Shown here: positions 13,680 to 27,155 of the stretch, one piece after another
Position numbering within the stretch: the stretch's first letter is position 1
Layout: each line of letters opens with the position of its first letter
DNA from: Octopus sinensis
Lineage: Eukaryota
Reading direction: 5' to 3'
Length of the DNA: 64,000 nt
Assembly: GCF_006345805.1 (NCBI RefSeq)
Contig: NC_042997.1
Span: forward strand, 38,812,001 to 38,876,000
Notes under the pieces: generated by a model
The model's database searches: none
What the model was told of the DNA's origin: nothing
What the model saw: the letters and a program-made list of their open reading frames with translations, nothing else
Translations under genes and position numbers: made by a program

Positions 13680-14250
13680 ATGCTAACTCAAGAAATGAAT
13701 AGACATGCAGTCATAGTTGTCTATACATGCAAACTACAGTGATTTAGAAATTAGCAATTTTCTAAATGCTGCAAGATCATTTGTACACAAAGTTCGGTTG
13801 GAAATGGAGGCATGTGATGATGCTGTTTCAGCTGTATCAAAGAGAAATAACATTCACCACGCTCAAACACACTAAAGGGACACCGGGATTTATATCATGT
13901 TCAAAACATTATCGATGGAAATCCCAGAAGATCAATGAGGCCCATTGCTAACGAACTTCAGGTGTGAGAGTGGACTATCAGAACTGTCATACAATGTGAC
14001 ATTCGATGCAAGTCCTAAGTAACGAGGAAAGGTCAATTAGTGTCTGCAAAGACAAAGGAAAACCATCTCATCCATTCAAAACGATTACATAACAAAATGA
14101 AAATCCCTCATGAATAAGGCATACGTTGGTTTTTCTCTGAAGAAAAAACTTTGACCAGGATCAAAAGCTTAACAGAAGAAATGACAGGTGGTTAAGTGTA
14201 GATCTTTCCGAAGTACCCAGAGTGATGCACTCGAAGTTTCTAGCAACTTT
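13680..14250 (+). mobile_element. Tc1/mariner-superfamily transposase N-terminal remnant (maT/DD37D-like)
   Basis: MLTQEMNRHAVIV...SDLEISNFLNAARSFVHKVR...WFFSEEK.FDQDQKLNRRNDRWL...VPRVMHSKF. Confidence 0.8.
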
Positions 14251-16314
14251 GGATTGGGTATTTTCTTGACCTATTCACCCACCGTTACCCACTAGCTTTT
14301 CCTATGAAGTGGAAAGTTTAGTCCTATTTCTGCTTCTCCAACATCCGATGTCCTATCTCCAACTGAGATTCGCACGTCACCTCTTACTCTTACGCGAACC
14401 ACATAACGTACTTCTCTCTAAAACGTAATTTTTTCAACCCCTCTCCACAAGATATCTTCGCTGGCCAGAGTACAACATCTATTCAAACTCCTCTCCTAAA
14501 TATGATGTCAGTGCATCCGTAGACCCCATTCTCCCACCTTTCTCGTGTAATAACGACTTTCAGTTTTTCTGGCTCAAATTCATTCTCCCCATTCTCCCAA
14601 ATACGTTTGCTCCCTCTTTTATTTTCCTAGTTCTCTAAGCCACCAGAAATTCTTTAAATATATCTTCTTCCGTGTTGAGAATATGTATCTCATCTGTCTT
14701 TTGTCTGAAATCATTATCCTTGTTGACTTCTTTACTCATAACTCGTAGCTCTCACACTCATCTCATCTTCATTCTGCCGATGTGGGGTCCGAAAATTTTG
14801 CTGCTCTCAGCTCGTTATACCAACTTATTGCAACCGCTATTTGCATTCCAGACTGTAATACAGACACCACAAACACCCTTGAATGTTTATTTTCTGTCTT
14901 TTAAACCTAACAGCCACAAAACCATAACAGTCTCTGAATCAGGTGAGTCATCTCAACACACAACTACTTACTGCACAATATCACGATCCTCTCGAACATA
15001 TAACATTCTAAGCAACCGATTGATCAGAGCTCCACCTGTTGTATGTCACACAACTCTAGTAGCAAACGCCCTTCACTCATAATTCATCCGAAAGAGCTCA
15101 ATAGGTGACTCGAGTCGTACTTTCACATCTCTCCTCTACAAAAACCTAATGTCTCAAGTCCAACAAGTATTTTGCTCCTAGTTGTTCTGCAGTTGTTTGG
15201 GCAAGAAGCAATTTATAATGTTCAATATAGTGATTAGAGAGACAATCAACAAAGTGCGATACCCGGAATGCTAGGTTCAAATTACTTGAAACTATGTCTC
15301 AGGTTGATAAATCGGGATTTGGTTTTGGGCCTAATCTACAGGTTTTCCAATATCAAACTGACTTCACATAGGTGATAAAATGATAGAATAGTTATAACCA
15401 GGACGAAAATGGCTCAAGTCACTCGTTTCAGCTTTTTACATTTTTGAGTTGAAATCCAGGCTTCGTGAACTTTGCCTTTCATCCTTCCAGGGATCTCAAA
15501 TACAAAGATCGATACAACTGAATGTTTCGTATCCCCTAAATTCTGCCTAGGTGTGTATATTAGGAAATATAATTATTATTATCATTATTATTATTATATA
15601 GTTTGTTGCTGTTGCTACTGTTACTGTTTGTACTTCAGTAAAGAGAAGGGGGGAGTAGGAGGAGGGGAAGAGGAGGAGGAGGGGAAAGAAGGGGGATACG
15701 AAGGAAAGAAAGAAAAATAGTAATGGGAAGAGAAAAAGGAGACTTATTGAATTCTCATTATTTTTGTTATAATAAAATGTAAACGGAGCTATGCATGCCT
15801 ATAATGGAATTCAAGCGTTATCTTTATTTCGTAATTTATGCACTAATTATACAGTTTTCTTATGTAAATTCACAACATACTTGGAAATTTAAAAAAATGT
15901 AATATCGTCGTTTTTATTCAGATAATTACGTCGTCCGAAAAATCACGTTTCATTTAATCATATTAACTGTTACTTTTTTTTTTCTTCCCGTTTTCCATTA
16001 TCTCTGAGATTTTGTGTTTATAAGTAGCTGTTGTGTAATATGTATTTATAATATGACTTTTGTGCTTACATAAGGATATATTTCATATCTTTAGATACTA
16101 ATACGCGTGCGTGTCTCTCTCACTTTCTCTCTCTCTCTTTCTCTGTACACACACATACATAGAATATGGAGGTTTAGTCCACTGGTGATCTAAACGAATA
16201 GGTACGCTGTGCAAGTGGTGTAACGGATTTTCAGGGTTCCAAGCTCGTAATTGAGACGGAGGCTATCCATCCATTTCAGGTTCCCTATTTAGCAGATATT
16301 TATCTGTGAAAGAG

Positions 16315-16372
<58 letters not shown>

Positions 16373-16650
16373 ATATATATATATCTTCTTCCTTTTTTGC
16401 CATATACAGGTTACAAATTCTGTTTGTTTGTGGAGATTTTTTATTAGTAGGAGAAATAGTGATCAATTTGGCTGCTATTTCTAATATTTTCGGTATGTGG
16501 TTTTGAGCAACTTGTTGCAATTAACCCTTAATTATAATTATTATAACCCTTACCAAATATGGTATTTTCCATACCGATAAATCTACTAGGTGAAATTTAT
16601 TAATTTTATTAAATTAATTATATTCCACCCTTTTTTGCATATATATATAT

Positions 16651-16883
16651 GAGATTAAAAAACCTTATGCTGTGAATAGTTTTCAGAACATTTATAAAGA
16701 GGTCTTACAGCTGTTTCGGGACATTTTATATATCCTTTCATTCTTCGCTGTAATAAATATTACTTAAATATTTTTTCGCACCGTCTCTGATGAAGGGATA
16801 TATAAAATATCCAGGAAACAGGTGTAAGACCTTCTCTTTATAAATGTTCTGAAAACTATTCACAGCTTTGGATTTTTTATCTC
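16651..16883. mobile_element. Fold-back element with a minimal type I hammerhead motif (Penelope pLTR-like)
   Basis: Inverted arms of about 90 bp (16651-16741 / 16790-16883). The + strand at 16783-16830 reads gtct-CTGATGA-stem II-GAAA-CAGGTG-TA-agac. Flanked by TA runs. Confidence 0.75.
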
Positions 16884-17044
16884 ATTCTGTTAATTTTTAT
16901 ATATATGCTTGCTAATACACGACCTACATTGGATTCCTCATTCGTATCTTTATCGAACCTGGAGTTTAAGTATAGTTTGTCCATAGCACTTACTCAGCAT
17001 TACCTGATGTCTTTGGGTCTTCTTGACAGCAGTACCTCTCATAT

Positions 17045-17107
<63 letters not shown>

Positions 17108-17165
17108 CATAGATAGATAGGTAGGTAGGTAGGTAGGTAGGTAGGTAGGTAGGTAGGTAGATAGA
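17045..17165. repeat. (GATA)n/(GGTA)n compound microsatellite
   Basis: Direct reading. Confidence 0.97.
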
Positions 17166-17630
17166 TATTGATATTGATATTGGCATATCTATGCAAATGT
17201 CAGGGAAGTGCTCCATATGTTGTGATAGAGCCAATTAGAATATAACTATACTGGAAATGGCATTACATGTGCAGATATTAAAATAAACATCCGTATGATT
17301 ATCCAGGATTTAAGATCTCAAAGTTTCATGTGTTCATACACCACCATCAGTGGAAAGAGAACTTACTATCATACAAATAAATTTTTTACTATTATACATA
17401 TAGAACGTTTACTATCATACATATAAAATTTATTCAATGAGAATAAATATAGTTGAAGTACTGTTGTTAGTTGGTTTATTTCTTAAGAAGCAGAGTATCT
17501 GATATTTATCACCTTCACTGAGAAGGGGCTACCTATGGAAGTAAATCATATAATATATACTATGTAACAGTGCGGATGTCATGTGTGTGCATGCGCACAT
17601 GTATGTGTTTGTGTGCGTGTGTGTGTGTGT

Positions 17631-17667
<37 letters not shown>

Positions 17668-17671
17668 TGTG

Positions 17672-17702
<31 letters not shown>

Positions 17703-18810
17703 TGTGTGTGTGTGTGTGTGTAAATATAATTCGGTGAACGCTGTATGCATAGGTGAGGAAACCGACAAGGCAGCGCTCAACAGAGGAAACTAAAATCTCA
17801 TTCATTAAGGTTAATAAAAGCTAAATAAATATAGAATTGAAAAAATAAGTATATTCTCTTTCCGGTTTTTATTCTTTGTCTTTCATCTTCCAGAATCTCA
17901 CCGCCACCACCACATACTTAAAACCTTGTTCCTGTATGAGTATTATTAGTAATGTAATAGTAAATGTTATATGCAGTAAAGCGGTGGATAAAAGTACTCT
18001 CCAATATTCAGTTAAGTCTCTTTATGTTATAATATCAAATTTTGGTTATGTTGGAATTAATTTTCATCCTTCAGGTTAAAATTTTCATCCTTCTATAAAA
18101 TAAGTACCTGTGAAGTACGTGAACAGCCTGAAAAACAAGACTGCAGGTTCTTCCCCAAATGTTAATAAATACCTATCATTTTTGATGAGTGGGGTGAGGG
18201 ATTTCAAAAGAGTTATTAGAGATTTTCCCTGCACCAAAGTGTCATCTCTATCTCCTTTGCGTACGTATGCATGTAATCTGAAATATTTAGTAGTACTATT
18301 TTCTATATGTTGTATATGTATACAAGTCCTAGAAGTTTCTTTTGTTATTCGGATAATTCCTCTCATATTGTTGGACTAATATTGCTATCGTTTAATAACT
18401 TCATAAAAAGGTAATTTTCTCGTGATGGTTTCTAAAGAATATTGCATAGGCCATTTGTCTACATGACCTGACAATTCTCATAGTGTAATTACTTCGTCAC
18501 TTTCCGTAACCTTTCTCTAATATGTGCTTGCATCATTTCTTTCCTGTTGATATTCTATAATTCTAGAATAGCTGCCACTAAGTCTAAACTCTGCTCGATT
18601 CTGCTGAGATTGAGCTACTAGAGACAATGACAGAACGCTTTTTACAATTCACATGTATACAGTTTCTTTTAATACTCAGTTTCATTATATGATTTAATAC
18701 TTTGTGAGTTACTATTAAAAAAATTCTTCAGTATCGGTTTTAGTCCTGGAATTTCCACCCCTGTTGATATTTCTTTTTCAAATCTTTCTTAATTTCACGA
18801 CAAATGACTA

Positions 18811-19187
18811 CACTTGCGTCAGAAATTAATTAGCACTTCTCAAATTTCTACATTAAATAGGTTAAATCAATTAACCTATGAGCTGTTCAAAACGTCTTAC
18901 GCGATGAGAAAACTTAGTATGGTGTGATTTCGGTCCTTGCGAGGTGCTACCTATATCTATTAAACAAAGGAAGATTTGTCTGCATCCGCACTCCAAGTTG
19001 TTGCACTGCTATGTCAACATCATAAGGCTGTAGACTCTCAAACTGCTCTGCAAACAAAGTTACGTCATCGTTCTGCGCATCAGTGAACTCGCAACAAAGC
19101 AATAGTTCGAGATATGGCCACTAGGTGACATCACATACCTTGAGTGAAGAGCAAATCAAGGGTGCTAATTAATTTCTGACGGTAGTG
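18811..19187. mobile_element. Tc1/mariner-type MITE
   Basis: 26-bp TIRs CACT(TG/AC)CGTCAGAAATTAATTAGCAC with TA on both sides. Confidence 0.85.
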
Positions 19188-19457
19188 TATGCGTGTGAAT
19201 GTGCTTGTCAATATATTTCTATATTTTGTACTCGTTTCTTTTTAGTTGATACTTTCAAACATTCTTGTTGTCTGTTATCTCAGAAACTGATTTACGTATG
19301 TTGACCCACGTAGAAATGGTAAATGGTTTTCTGGTCATTACCTGTAACAACCAGGTGTAGTTTCCCCTTATTCTTTACTAAATATGCTACCGGTACAGTG
19401 AATGTTTTTAATAATTGTTTTAGAGAAGGCCTCTGCCTTTTTATTCCCATAATAATT

Positions 19458-19840
19458 GGAAGCACTCCGTCGGTTACGACGACGAGGGTTCCGGTTGATC
19501 CGAATCAACGGAACAGCCTGCTCGTGAAATTAACGTGTAAGTGGCTGAGCACTCCACAGACACGTGTACCCTTAACGTAGTTCTCGGGGATGTTCAGCGT
19601 GACACAGAGAGTGACAAGGCCGGCCCTTTGAAATACAGGTACAACAGAAACAGGAAGTAAGAGTGAGAGAAAGTTGTGGCGAAAGAGTACAGCAGGGATC
19701 ACCACCATCCCCTGCTGGAGCCTCGTGGAGCTTTTAGGTGTTTTCGCTCAATAAACACACACAACGCCCGGTCTGGGAATCGAAACCGCGATCCTATGAC
19801 CGCGAGTCCGCTGCCCTAACCACTGGGCCATTGCGCCTCC
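19458..19840 (-). mobile_element. tRNA(Arg)-like SINE family B' (octopus OR1-like)
   Basis: Head GGAGGCGCAATGGCCCAGTGGTTAGGGCAGCGGACTCGCGG...TTCGATTCC; 3' half shared with 10772-11098; imperfect TSD CAT(A/G)ATAATT. Confidence 0.85.
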
Positions 19841-20769
19841 CATGATAATTACAATTTGTCTGTATCAGCATTTCGGTGGTACCTGATATTATTTTCTATA
19901 TTTTTCTATGTAGTATGGTTTATTTACTTAACTTCCAGTCGAAAAGTTAATTGTAGGAGATTACGTGATCTATTAAGAACTCTAGGTACATATTTTTAAT
20001 ATTCAGATCATTTTAATAAGATTTGTGAAGTTAGTTTAACACCGGTTGTAACCACTTCCAGGATCTTATCGACTAAAGGCGGCGGCGAAAGTTGACTTGT
20101 TTTAGAATATATTTCTTTTGATAGGGATTAATTTGTTTTACAAATCCTTCTTGTTTGGGTTTATAGAACTGTCTTTCAATTAATCATGGCATATTTAATG
20201 GATGTACTTGTGGTGTTTTAACAATCTTCGAGTGAGAAATACTGTCAAAAACCTTACGTTAATCAATCCAAAATATCCTCAGAGTCTTAATTCTCTTTCT
20301 AATCTTCAGCTAAATCTTCGTGGTTAGGAAATGTTATTTACATTGATATGGATAGCATTTTACCCGTTTCTATGGGCGTATTGAGTGTGCGTGTGAATAT
20401 TTATCTTTTACGATAAAATTGATATTGCATGCAAACTGGTTTGCATCTGTAATCTTATGTTCCTTTAGTCCTAAGATAACATTTTTTTCACTCGATGTTG
20501 CATCTGACGCTTTCAATAAATTATACTGTACAACAAATTTCAGGGTCCAGAAAAAAAAAACATTGTTCTCATTTACATTTTATTATGAAGTTGACTGTGC
20601 TAAATTCGAATTTTATAGCAAACATTTCCCATCACGTTACATTTTCTTGTAAATTACCGACTTAATAACTGTGCAATTTGTACCAATTTCCACGATACCA
20701 TAAATTTATTTTGCTCCCAAAGCCAGATTAAATATGTCCATTGTAATTAGTTCATAAATATATAACCTG

Positions 20770-20845
20770 TCGTCCGTGGACTCCTGATGGTCCCCAAAGG
20801 TAGTAATGGGGGTCTGTAGACTAAATTCAAAATTTCATATATATA

Positions 20846-20902
<57 letters not shown>

Positions 20903-21050
20903 ATATATATACATACATACATACATACATACATACATACATACTACATACATACATACATAAGGATAAGCATATTAAAAGGGGTCCATGGGAACACTCA
21001 TTTAAATAAAAGGGTTGAAAACCACTATGAAAAGGTTGGGAACCACTGGC
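20770..21050. mobile_element. hAT-like MITE remnant with internal microsatellite
   Basis: Right end AAGGTTGGGAACCACTG (CAGTGGTTCCCAACC-type TIR) and GGGGTCC motifs; left TIR not recognisable. Confidence 0.4.
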
Positions 21051-22180
21051 TTAGTGTATTGGAAGCCATACGCAGAAATTTATTCATTGATTAAAACTTT
21101 CCTATCAGTGAAAGGAAAATTTTGCAGTAATTATTGGCGGCTCCATTTCTCTCCAAGAGAGAATTTTCAATTAATTAAGAATTTTTCAGCTTTCAGCATT
21201 CGGCCCTGGATTTAAATATAGTGGACTCCCCTGAAGGAGCTCAAGGTGACAAGAGGTGCTTTCAAATCGAGTGACGGATTAAATGTATTACTTAAGTGTC
21301 AGAATTAATCCATCTGGTTATGGATGGAATTGAACTCAGCAGGCTGAGAGAAATGAGAAATATCGTAAGGCATCCGGTCCGATGTTCTAACGGGTCCGCC
21401 AATTCATTCTTGGCCTCAGAAGTAAAGCTGAAAGGTCCATGTTATTCACCGTTTTAAGTTATTTCCCGTAAATCATTTTATTTTTAACTACGCCAATCTT
21501 TCTTGTAAAAAAATATTCTTAACTATTTTAGTGTTTATAAAACATCTCCACTGATTTGCCCAATGGTTTAAAATGCACTATGCTGATGAAGTTTAATAAA
21601 TGAAAACATCCCCATCGTTGTTCTTTACCTGCAAAAAAGCAGGTTGTCCATTTGCTAAGCATATAAATTAACTTGAGAAATCGATTTCTTTGAAAATGTT
21701 AAACAATGGCCACTAAGATTCTTTTTCCTTTCACTAAGGGGAAACATTCAGTTATTTATAAATATTTTACCTTCGGCATTATGATTCAACTTAATCATTA
21801 TTTACAGCTGCTACAAAATAATGTCAAATATTTTAGCCAGCAGTATAGCACTTTATTATTTATTGGTGCCTTTCGGTTATATTATCTGCTTATTTTATTA
21901 GCTCTTGCGTTCTGTTCTCGTATTGCAATCGTTGTGTTCTCAATTTTGCCAACAGAAATTTATCAATTAGCACTTAGAGTACAAAACAGCCTCCCGCTCA
22001 CCCGCTACATTTATTGCTATTGCTATTTTGGTTTTACCTAATGCTTGACTAAAAATGTTTTGGAATAGAAACAAGCTATTTGTTTTATTTCTAAAGAACC
22101 TGACACTTTTCAAAAACTTTTTTTTGTAATCTAATGAAGATGACATTGACATTCTCGTTTTCTTTTTGTTAGATTTATTA

Positions 22181-23290
22181 TCTATATATCTATAAAAGGC
22201 AGGATATGTGTGTGCATGTGTGTGTGTATGTGTGTGTATGCGTATGTGTGTACGTGAATGTAATTTATGCACGTTCACAAATTAGCACGCATGTCGCTCC
22301 AATTTTAGGAGGACATTCATCACGACCCTAGCTGGGTTTTGTCAATTTATTTTTCCCGAGGAACCCGCGGATAGCGATAAAAATTGATTTTCAACCATAA
22401 CTTTTACCAGTTTTGAAGTTTGCTAACATGAGTTAAGTCTCCTTCTTGCCATAGCGAAGTGAAAGTGCGTGTGTGTATGTGTGTGTGTGTAAAGAAGAGA
22501 GAGAAGTTGCGTGTTGATGTATGTGTGTGTGTGTGTGAGGGAGAGATGTTGACAGCGTCTAACAAAAATGTAAAGAGAAGGTGTGTAAGACGGAGACAGA
22601 ATAAGTGACAGCGGTCATCAAAAATGAAAATGTAAAATGTTTTTTTTTCTTAAACACGAGATATAGTTTTCAAATTTAGGATGTTTTTGAAAGACACTAT
22701 ATTTTATAATCAGATTATATATACATTCTCACACAATAATTAAAATATATTATATATACATTCTCACACAGCAATTTAAATATATTTATTTTAAATCCCT
22801 TATTTCTGTAATACATTGGTAGTGGGTAAAATTTCCGAGGCTTCCACCACACCCCACCCCGTTTTTCGGACCACAAAAAGTGTTTTTTAACATATTAAGA
22901 GGCCAGGGTAGTTGTTTCCACTCAAAAAATCCGATTTTTTTTCTTTGTGAAAAATCGTGCGAGCGTTATCTAAAAATTTACCTGGAATTTGTCGTGGTAA
23001 ATTTGAAATTAAAAAAGAAATGTTTTCCATATTCTTAATTTCCATATTTTTCCATGTACATTGAAACATCGATGGTGAAATGATCAATGGGTATTGGTGG
23101 TGAAATTTCCGAGGCTTCCACCACACCTTTTTCGAACCACAAAAAGGGTTTTGTAGCATATTAGGAGGCCAAGGTAGTTGATTTCATGCAAAAAATCCGA
23201 TTTTTTTTTCTTAGTGAAAATCGTGCGAGTGTTATCTATTAGCTTAATAATCCTAACTTAATCCCGGGCAACGACAGGTTATACTGCTAG
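22181..23290 (+). mobile_element. Non-autonomous Helitron with internal duplication
   Basis: A|TCTATATATCTATAAAAG start and CCCGGGCAACGACAGG...ATACTGCTAG|T end (same termini as 5420-5818); internal repeat at about 22826-22972 / 23099-23238. Confidence 0.85.
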
Positions 23291-24097
23291 TTTCTGAAAT
23301 ATTTGTCTCTTTTGGTTTAATTTTCTTTTTTTTTGAGATTTTTTTGTTATCTTCTCCGGTATATTTATTTTCTGTATTACAACGTATATTTGGACTATAT
23401 GTTCTTCAACAAGAAGGCTTATGTGACATTGGTTGTTGCGTACGTTAATCGATTCATCTGTTTATATTAATGTTTACATTTATTTTCAGTATATCAAAAG
23501 CTCACGTTATTTTTATTCATTGGTACTGTTATTATATTATTAAAATCTGTTTACAATGTATTTTGCTGGGCTTCAGGAAAAATGTATCGATTTTAATTTA
23601 ACTATTTCGAACTTTGACGATTCTTATTTTCGAAATGTCTAACTTTCTAATTTTAAGCATTAGCTCTATCGAATATTCAATAATATTCATATTTCTGTTG
23701 GTGTAGTTCTGGTTTAGCTTTTGGGGGTTCATGTTCTGTAGATACCTTTAGGGTTCCATTTTCTTGGGGTTTGTTCTTCCTCTTAGTGATGATTAAGCTA
23801 CATATATTTACTTGATTCCGGGTATTCAATTCTAATGCCTTTACTTCAGCAACTTCGCCTGTTCTTTAGCGAAGGGATTGGAGGAATCAGTAATATAGTT
23901 CCATCAAAAGAAAGAAAAGTTACACAAATTAGAAATAAAATACATTGCCAAAAACATTTATAGAAGTGTATTTTACTGTGATTGTTTCGGTAGATTATTT
24001 TCTGTCTCTTCTTTAAAGCACTTTATTTGAGTCTGGAATACGATGTTCGTGAAAAGGTTTTTGTATACACCCCTGCACACACACACACACATACAGA

Positions 24098-24139
<42 letters not shown>

Positions 24140-26189
24140 GTAGGGGGTGTTTGTATGCGCGTGTGTGTATGTATGCGCTTGCGGGTTTGTGCGTGGGAGA
24201 GGCATGTACATTGTTATATTAGCTTCTGTAAGATTATATGAAAAGTAGAGTGAACTTTTGTTTTTTATCCTGCAGGGTTTGTTTTACTTTTAATCAAGCA
24301 GATTTTTCTACAACTGTACTTTATATGTAGCTTTGTTTTCTATTTCGTTTTCTTAAGTTGTTACTTTTATTTTATTTCTACAGATTTGACCATGTGGTTA
24401 TATTTCTATTTAGATTAAATGTAGGAACATTTCCGTCTCTTAATTCATATCTACATTACCCATCTGGCAGTTATCTGGTGGGTGTCCTAATGATTTAATA
24501 CTTAATGTATCTGTCAGCACTTTTTCTCTACTCGCACCAGTAGTTTCCTTCGGAAATTGTAATAACAGTGTTCTACATATTTCCTTCTTGCCTCGACAAA
24601 TTATCGAAGCAACCAGAACTAGATCAGTTTCGATTCTTGAGGGAATTGGGTTCATTTCACTTACACAAATAAAGCTATTAGAAAATTAGTAACGTCTAAT
24701 CATTCCATTTCCAACTGTAAAAAGTAAAAAAAAAACGCAAGTCGTTGTTTTACCCAAATTGTAACGATACATGCATAAAAATGCCTTTCTTCCAATCGGG
24801 AAGATATCTCTCAAGTCCTGGAACAGATAATACCCACTCTCTTCCTCTCAAAATGATTGGCTTTATGCCAAAATCAGAAATCATTGTTTCACTTATGTGA
24901 AAGACATATCAAGTACCGCAGCTCTCAAGAAAAACAAGTATTTCAGTAAAAAAGTAAGTAATAATGAAACACAAACTTAATTACCCTACACATATCACCA
25001 CGAACGTCGCGATAGCCGCTCTGGATAAATATCTTAAGTAACTTAATACACTTGCTAATATCGTCTTTCAAGAATATACATCAATGGACACGACATATTC
25101 TGATTAAAAACAACATATCGCATCACTCTTCGTACCAACTAGCTATTTTGATGAAAACATTACCAGAGTAAACACTTTATAAATTACAACAATCCCCTCC
25201 ACGAATACACCAGGACATACTCTTAACAAATTAAAGAAAACATTATAACTGCAAATATAAAATGGAAAATTATAGACTGTGCAGCATTATACACAAATTG
25301 TTCTGGAATCTGCGTACCGCAGAAAAATATCACATTATCAAACGGAATACACACACGTAAAGCAAGATAAATAAAATCATCACACTGCAGACACCAAAAT
25401 GAATTCACTTTCAAAACACGTCTCGACCTCTAAACGGAATAAAACAAACACCAAGCCCCTCCACATTCACATACACACCACATGAAAAATGTTACCCGTA
25501 AGAAGTTAAAGTAATCACCCTAATAAAAAATAAAACACACAGTACACTTATACATACACGAAAACATGTAACAAGAGTTTACCATAAACATTCACGCATA
25601 AGCAAACATGCTGAACCACACACAGTATCAAAAACCCTTTGATCACTACATACACACTACACACGGATACACACGCATACGCACACTAGCGCGCACACAC
25701 AGTCACACACACAGACAAACACGCCTATGTTCTTGTAACTCAAACAACACGTGTTTTTCAGTAGATTAAACAAACAAAAACCTTTAATTATCTTAACGGT
25801 TGATATAAACAAGTCATACCAAACTATTACCCATAAATAAAAAGCCAAACATTCCAGCTAAAACCACACAAACATGCGGAATCATTTTCAATACACAAAG
25901 CAAAAAGCTTTAATAATCACAACACACACACACACGCACACACACACTCATACATACATACCTACATACATACATGCATACATACACACAGAAACACATG
26001 AACAGACAAGCCTTAGCGTGTTCAAAGAATATATGCCCCCTAATGAAAGAGAAAAATCTTCAATTTGTTTAACATACACTTTCTAAATGCAATACCAAAA
26101 TCATTCGACTATATCACTCCTCCATAATTAAATTACCATAATTAGATTTACTGTTAAATTAACTCACAAACGAATCAAAGCAACAGTGT

Positions 26190-26561
26190 TTACAAACACA
26201 TTGGGAAACTAGATAAAATTGGACAAATCATTCAAAAATATGCTGCCTTGGATATATTAAAAGACAAATTCAAATGTCAAATTAAAAACATAATTCTCTT
26301 CACAAGAAATACGTGGAAAGCAAATCCCACGCCGCAAACAAATAATGACGAAGAAATAATGGCGAGGCAGAAAAATAGCAACCAGGAGCAAGAGTAGCTG
26401 TGGGGTAAGCAGCTTGTGGCCTGGGATTTGCTTTTCATGTATTTCTTGTGAAGAGAATTATGTTTTTAATTTGACATTTGGATTTGTCTTTTAATATATC
26501 CAAGGCAACATATTTTTGAATGATTTATTTAATTTTATCTAGTTTCGTAATGTGTTTGTAA
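26190..26561. repeat. Long inverted repeat (arms about 150 bp, spacer about 70 bp)
   Basis: 26190-26338 is the imperfect reverse complement of 26412-26561. Confidence 0.85.
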
Positions 26562-26719
26562 TTTGTTACCAAATATATACGTTTTATTTATTATTTTGCA
26601 CATTACTTAATCATTTTTATATGTTTTATCGTATATTTAATCTTTCTATAATATGTATTTTTTCTAAATGGTATAATTAAATTTTTCATTATTGGATTGA
26701 TAAGAGGTATTTTTTTCTA

Positions 26720-26784
<65 letters not shown>

Positions 26785-26788
<4 letters not shown>

Positions 26789-26968
26789 AGAATTCACGAC
26801 AAAAACAAAAGACGAAGACAGGTGTGTAGATAACAAACAGATGTATTAGTTTAACGCTCGGAAAGTGAAAAGTCTTTAACGTTTCGAGCCTACGCTCTTT
26901 CACAGAAAGGAACACAGAAAGAAACAAGGAGAGAAAATAAAGAATATGTAGTAGATAGCGATCTATCA
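26785..26968 (-). mobile_element. Short (TA)n-anchored element with a degenerate hammerhead motif
   Basis: The minus strand at 26874-26909 reads cttt-CTGTGAA-a-GAGC-gtag-GCTC-GAA-ACGT-T-aaag; second copy at 31808-31992. Confidence 0.65.
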
Positions 26969-26969
26969 C

Positions 26970-27155
26970 GTTTGTGTGTCTGTGTTTCTCCCCACACCAT
27001 CACTTGACAACCGATGCTGGTGTGTTTACGTGCTCGTAACTTAGCGGTTACTAGGCTTACAAAGAATAAGACCCGGAGTCGATTTGTTCGACTAGAGGCG
27101 GTGCTCCAGCATGGCCGCAATCAAATGACAGAAACAAATAAAAGAATAAAAGAAA
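26970..27155 (+). mobile_element. SINE family A, 3' half
   Basis: CTTGACAACCGATGCTGG...GGCGGTGCTCCAGCATGGCCGCA. Confidence 0.85.

Noticed and set aside
14250-15170. Possible L1-like remnant
   Set aside because: Too decayed to support a specific call.
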